The notes beneath the pieces are model-generated. The model was given only the letters and a program-made list of their open reading frames with translations, was not told the DNA's origin and did not search any database. Made by a program: the position numbers and the translations under genes. This document shows positions 61,232 to 64,000 of a DNA stretch of 64,000 nucleotides, piece by piece. The stretch is from Camelus dromedarius. Lineage: Eukaryota. Positions within the stretch are counted from its first letter, which is position 1, and every line of letters begins with the position of its first letter. The stretch is taken from contig NC_087447.1 of NCBI RefSeq assembly GCF_036321535.1, forward strand, positions 34,660,001 through 34,724,000, in the 5' to 3' direction.

Positions 61232-61599
61232 ATACCACATGATATCACTCATATGTGGAATCTTAAAAAAAGAGAAAAAAAGGACACTGAAACTCATCTA
61301 CAAAAGAGAAACAGACTCATAGACATAGTAAACAATCTTTACAGTTACTATGGAAAGGGGGTGGGAAGGGATAAATTTGGGAGTTTGAGATTTACAAATG
61401 TTAGCCACTATATATAAAAATAGATTTTAAAAAAGTTTCTTCTGTATAGTAGAGGGAACTATGTTCAATATCTTGTAATAACCTTTAATGAAAAAGAATA
61501 TGAAAATGAATATATGTATGTATATGCATGACTGGGACATTGTGCTGTACACCAGAAATTAACACATTGTAACAGACTGTACTTCAATTAAAAAAAAAA
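61232..61599 (+). mobile_element. Young lineage-specific L1 3'UTR
   Basis: ATATCACTCATATGTGGAATCT...GAAACAGACTCATAGACATAG...ACTTCAATTAAAAAAAAAA. Confidence 0.9.
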
Positions 61600-61601
61600 T
61601 T

Positions 61602-61994
61602 CGTGGCAGGCTGATGTCTACATCAAATCCCTGGAACCTGTGAATGTTGCCTTCTTTGGAAAAACGGTCTTTGCAGATATGATTAATTATGGATCTGGAG
61701 ATGGGGAAACAGTCCTGGACCACCTGGGTGGGCCTTAAACGCCATCACAACTATCCTTGTAAAAGAGACATACGGAGGAGGCAATGTGATGAGGGAGGCA
61801 GAGGTACGAATGAGGTGACCACAAACCCAGGAATGCCAAGGCAGCTACCAGAAGCTGGCAAGGGAATGGTTATTTCTCAAAAACTGCCGGATTTCAGACT
61901 TCTGGCCTCCAAAGTTGTTAGACAATAAATTTCTGGTGCGTTAAGCCACCAAGTTTGTGTTAATTTGTTACAGCAGCCTCTGGAAACCAATACA
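61602..61994 (+). mobile_element. MaLR LTR (MLT1D-like)
   Basis: CCCTGGAACCTGTGAATGTTGCC...TTTGCAGATATGATTAA...GACTTCTGGCCTCCA...TAAGCCACCAAGTTTGTGTTAATTTGTTACAGCAGC...AACCAATACA. Confidence 0.85.
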
Positions 61995-62394
61995 CCTTGA
62001 CAAAAGGGTTTTTTAATTATAAATAGTCCCACAATCCTGATATAATTATTTTCATTACTTTGTGTTGAATACCCACATGTCACTCAAAAGCCCAAAGCTT
62101 TCCTCTCTTATAAACTGTGGTCCTGGAAGAGCATGTAGGATTAAATGAAGTAGATTAGAGCACCTGGCATGTACCAGCTACTTCCTGCACGTAAATTTTC
62201 CTTTCTTTCTTTCCTCCCAGCAGAATCTGCTGCCCCTTCCTTTGAGGTCCCAGGGCACTTCATACATATTTTAATTCACGTTTACCTTTCTCAACTATAC
62301 TTCTGTGTTTTTTATGTCAGTCACCCCTTCTATGTGCTGTAACTTCTTGGCTGTGCCCCAACTTCTTGGGGCAATGATCATACCTAATTTTCCC

Positions 62395-63063
62395 CCTTTT
62401 TAGTTACTTTTTATTGAGGTTTAACTTACATATAGTAAAAGTGTCCAGATCTTAAGTATATAGTTCAAAGAATGTTTACAGATGATTACTTCTGGGTTGC
62501 CATCACCCAAATCAAGAGAAAACATTTCCAGCCCCTCCAGGAGGCTCCTGCATGCCCCTTCCCAGTCAGTATCTTCCCAGCTACCATTCTGACCTCTCTT
62601 ACCATAGATTACTTTTCATCTGTTCTTGAATATCACAGAGTATATTCTCTTTGGAATATGGTCTGTCACACAGCATAACATTTTTGAGATTTATTCATGC
62701 TGTTGTGTGTAGCCAAAACACATTCTTTTCTGTTGTATGAAACTACCACAACTTAGGTATCTACTTTACTGTGAATGGACCCTAGGGAGTTTCCAGTTTG
62801 GAACTATTACCTCTAGTACCACCAGGAAGATTCTGGTACATGTCCTGCCATGGAAAAAAGCACTTATTTCTGTTGGGTACTTACAAGACTAGTACTTCTG
62901 GATCACAAACTATGTATATAACAAGCTTTAGTAGATACGCCTAATTGTCTTCTAAGTAGTTGTACAAATTTACATCCATTCCAGCAATGCATGAAATTTG
63001 GAGCAATGCACAAAATCCTTACCAAACTTCGTCAGTCTTTTTATTTTAGTCCTTCTGGTAGTA
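62395..63063 (-). mobile_element. Old L1 (L1MB/ME) 3' end, antisense
   Basis: TTTTATTGAGGTTTAACTTACATATAGTAAAAGTG...GCCCCTTCCCAGTCA...TTTCCAGTTTGG...TTGTACAAATTTACA. Confidence 0.8.
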
Positions 63064-63077
63064 GCTAGTTCATCTTT

Positions 63078-63503
63078 TTTTTCCCTAGCTTTACTGTGGT
63101 ATGACATATAAAATAGTAAGATACTCAAATAGTAAGATACAATGATTTGATATTCACACATACTGTGAAAGAATTCCCTTCATGGAGTTAATCAACACAT
63201 CCATCACCTCATATATTTATCTTTTTCTTTTTGGTGAGAACTTTTCCACTCTCTTGGCAAAATTTCAATCATACAACAGTGTTATCAACTATAGTCACCG
63301 TATTATACATTAGATCTTCAGCTCTCACTCCTCTTATAGCTGAAAGTTTGTACTGTCTGACCAGCCTCTTCCTGTTTCCCTCCTCCTCTAGTCCCTGGCA
63401 ACCACTTTTCTATTGTTTCTATGGGTTTGACATTCTTTGAGACTCTACATAGAAGTGATGTGCTGCAGTATTTGCCTTTATCTGTCTGGCTTATTTCACT
63501 TCT
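63078..63503 (-). mobile_element. 5'-truncated L1 (L1MA-grade), antisense, with TSD
   Basis: Exact 14-bp TSD GCTAGTTCATCTTT (63064-63077 / 63504-63517). Internal AGTCCCTGGCAACCAC...CTGGCTTATTTCACTT. Confidence 0.85.
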
Positions 63504-63539
63504 GCTAGTTCATCTTTCTATTCCCTCACATATACCAGG

Positions 63540-64000
63540 CCAAAATTTCTACTATGTGACCCCACGTGCTTTCCTGGCCAACAGTGACCAGATACAATCA
63601 TTTGGCCAAAAGCCAGGTAAACCATAGGCCAGCTACCAGTGGATAACACTCTGCATGAAAAAAAAAATAATAAAAACAAAACAAAACAAAACGAGCTGGA
63701 TCAATTAGATCCCCTCGCTGAGAAATTAAAACAATAAAACAAAGAGAATAACGCAGTCTTCAGTGGGAGGAAATAATGAAAAGTGGGAATGGCTATGGTA
63801 AATCAACACAAGGCAATGCCATGAGAGATGACCAGCAGCAGCAGCAGCAACAGACAATACAGGGTGGAGGGAGGAAGCAGCTGAGATCCAGACAGAAAGC
63901 AGCAGGTATTATGAGAACAGCAGGGAACCAGACCACATTCTGGGGTCACCAGAGTAGCCTTGCATCCGGAGCCACCCTCTAAGTCCCCAGCTCCAAAAGG
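63540..64000 (+). mobile_element. Ancient ERVL LTR (LTR16-like) containing (CAG)5CAACAG at 63833-63853
   Basis: CTTCCTGGCCAACAGTGA...GGATCAATTAGATCC...GAGGAAGCAGCTGAG resembles the element at 5940-6475. Confidence 0.4.

Noticed and set aside
63776..63982. ORF with a polyglutamine run
   Set aside because: It is a short (CAG)5CAACAG inside a probable old LTR, with no exon evidence.
1..64000. CRISPR-like arrays, operons or other prokaryotic/viral systems; a gene name for the CpG-island promoter
   Set aside because: There are no regularly spaced repeats or dense coding regions. Short tandem duplications (e.g. ~9722, 22231, 56863, 63110) are ordinary slippage events. No coding exon is visible from which to identify the gene.

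Overview
Mammalian genomic DNA, most likely camelid: it carries tRNA-Ala(AGC)-derived vic-1-type SINEs and young L1 3' ends. I can support no protein-coding exon, and there are no RNA genes, CRISPR arrays or prokaryotic systems. The main functional landmark is a two-lobed CpG island (~23.1-24.8 kb). It has an RFX X-box, a CCAAT box and a minus-strand splice donor at 24514/24515, which indicates the promoter and probably non-coding first exon of a gene transcribed leftwards. I cannot name that gene. Under this reading, 1-23 kb is its first intron and 25-64 kb is upstream DNA. Much of the window is interspersed repeat: MIR, L2, L3/CR1, old and young L1, MaLR/ERVL LTRs, three ERV1-class solo LTRs with 4-bp TSDs, and hAT MITEs. 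Family names come from recalled consensus features, not from a search. The most interesting signals are non-repetitive blocks dense in developmental transcription-factor motifs (17.3, 19.4, 33.3, 39.6, 44.9 and 60.0 kb), an old local duplication, a twin-primed L1 remnant and a perfect 20-bp palindrome. I did not find a convincingly novel biological system.
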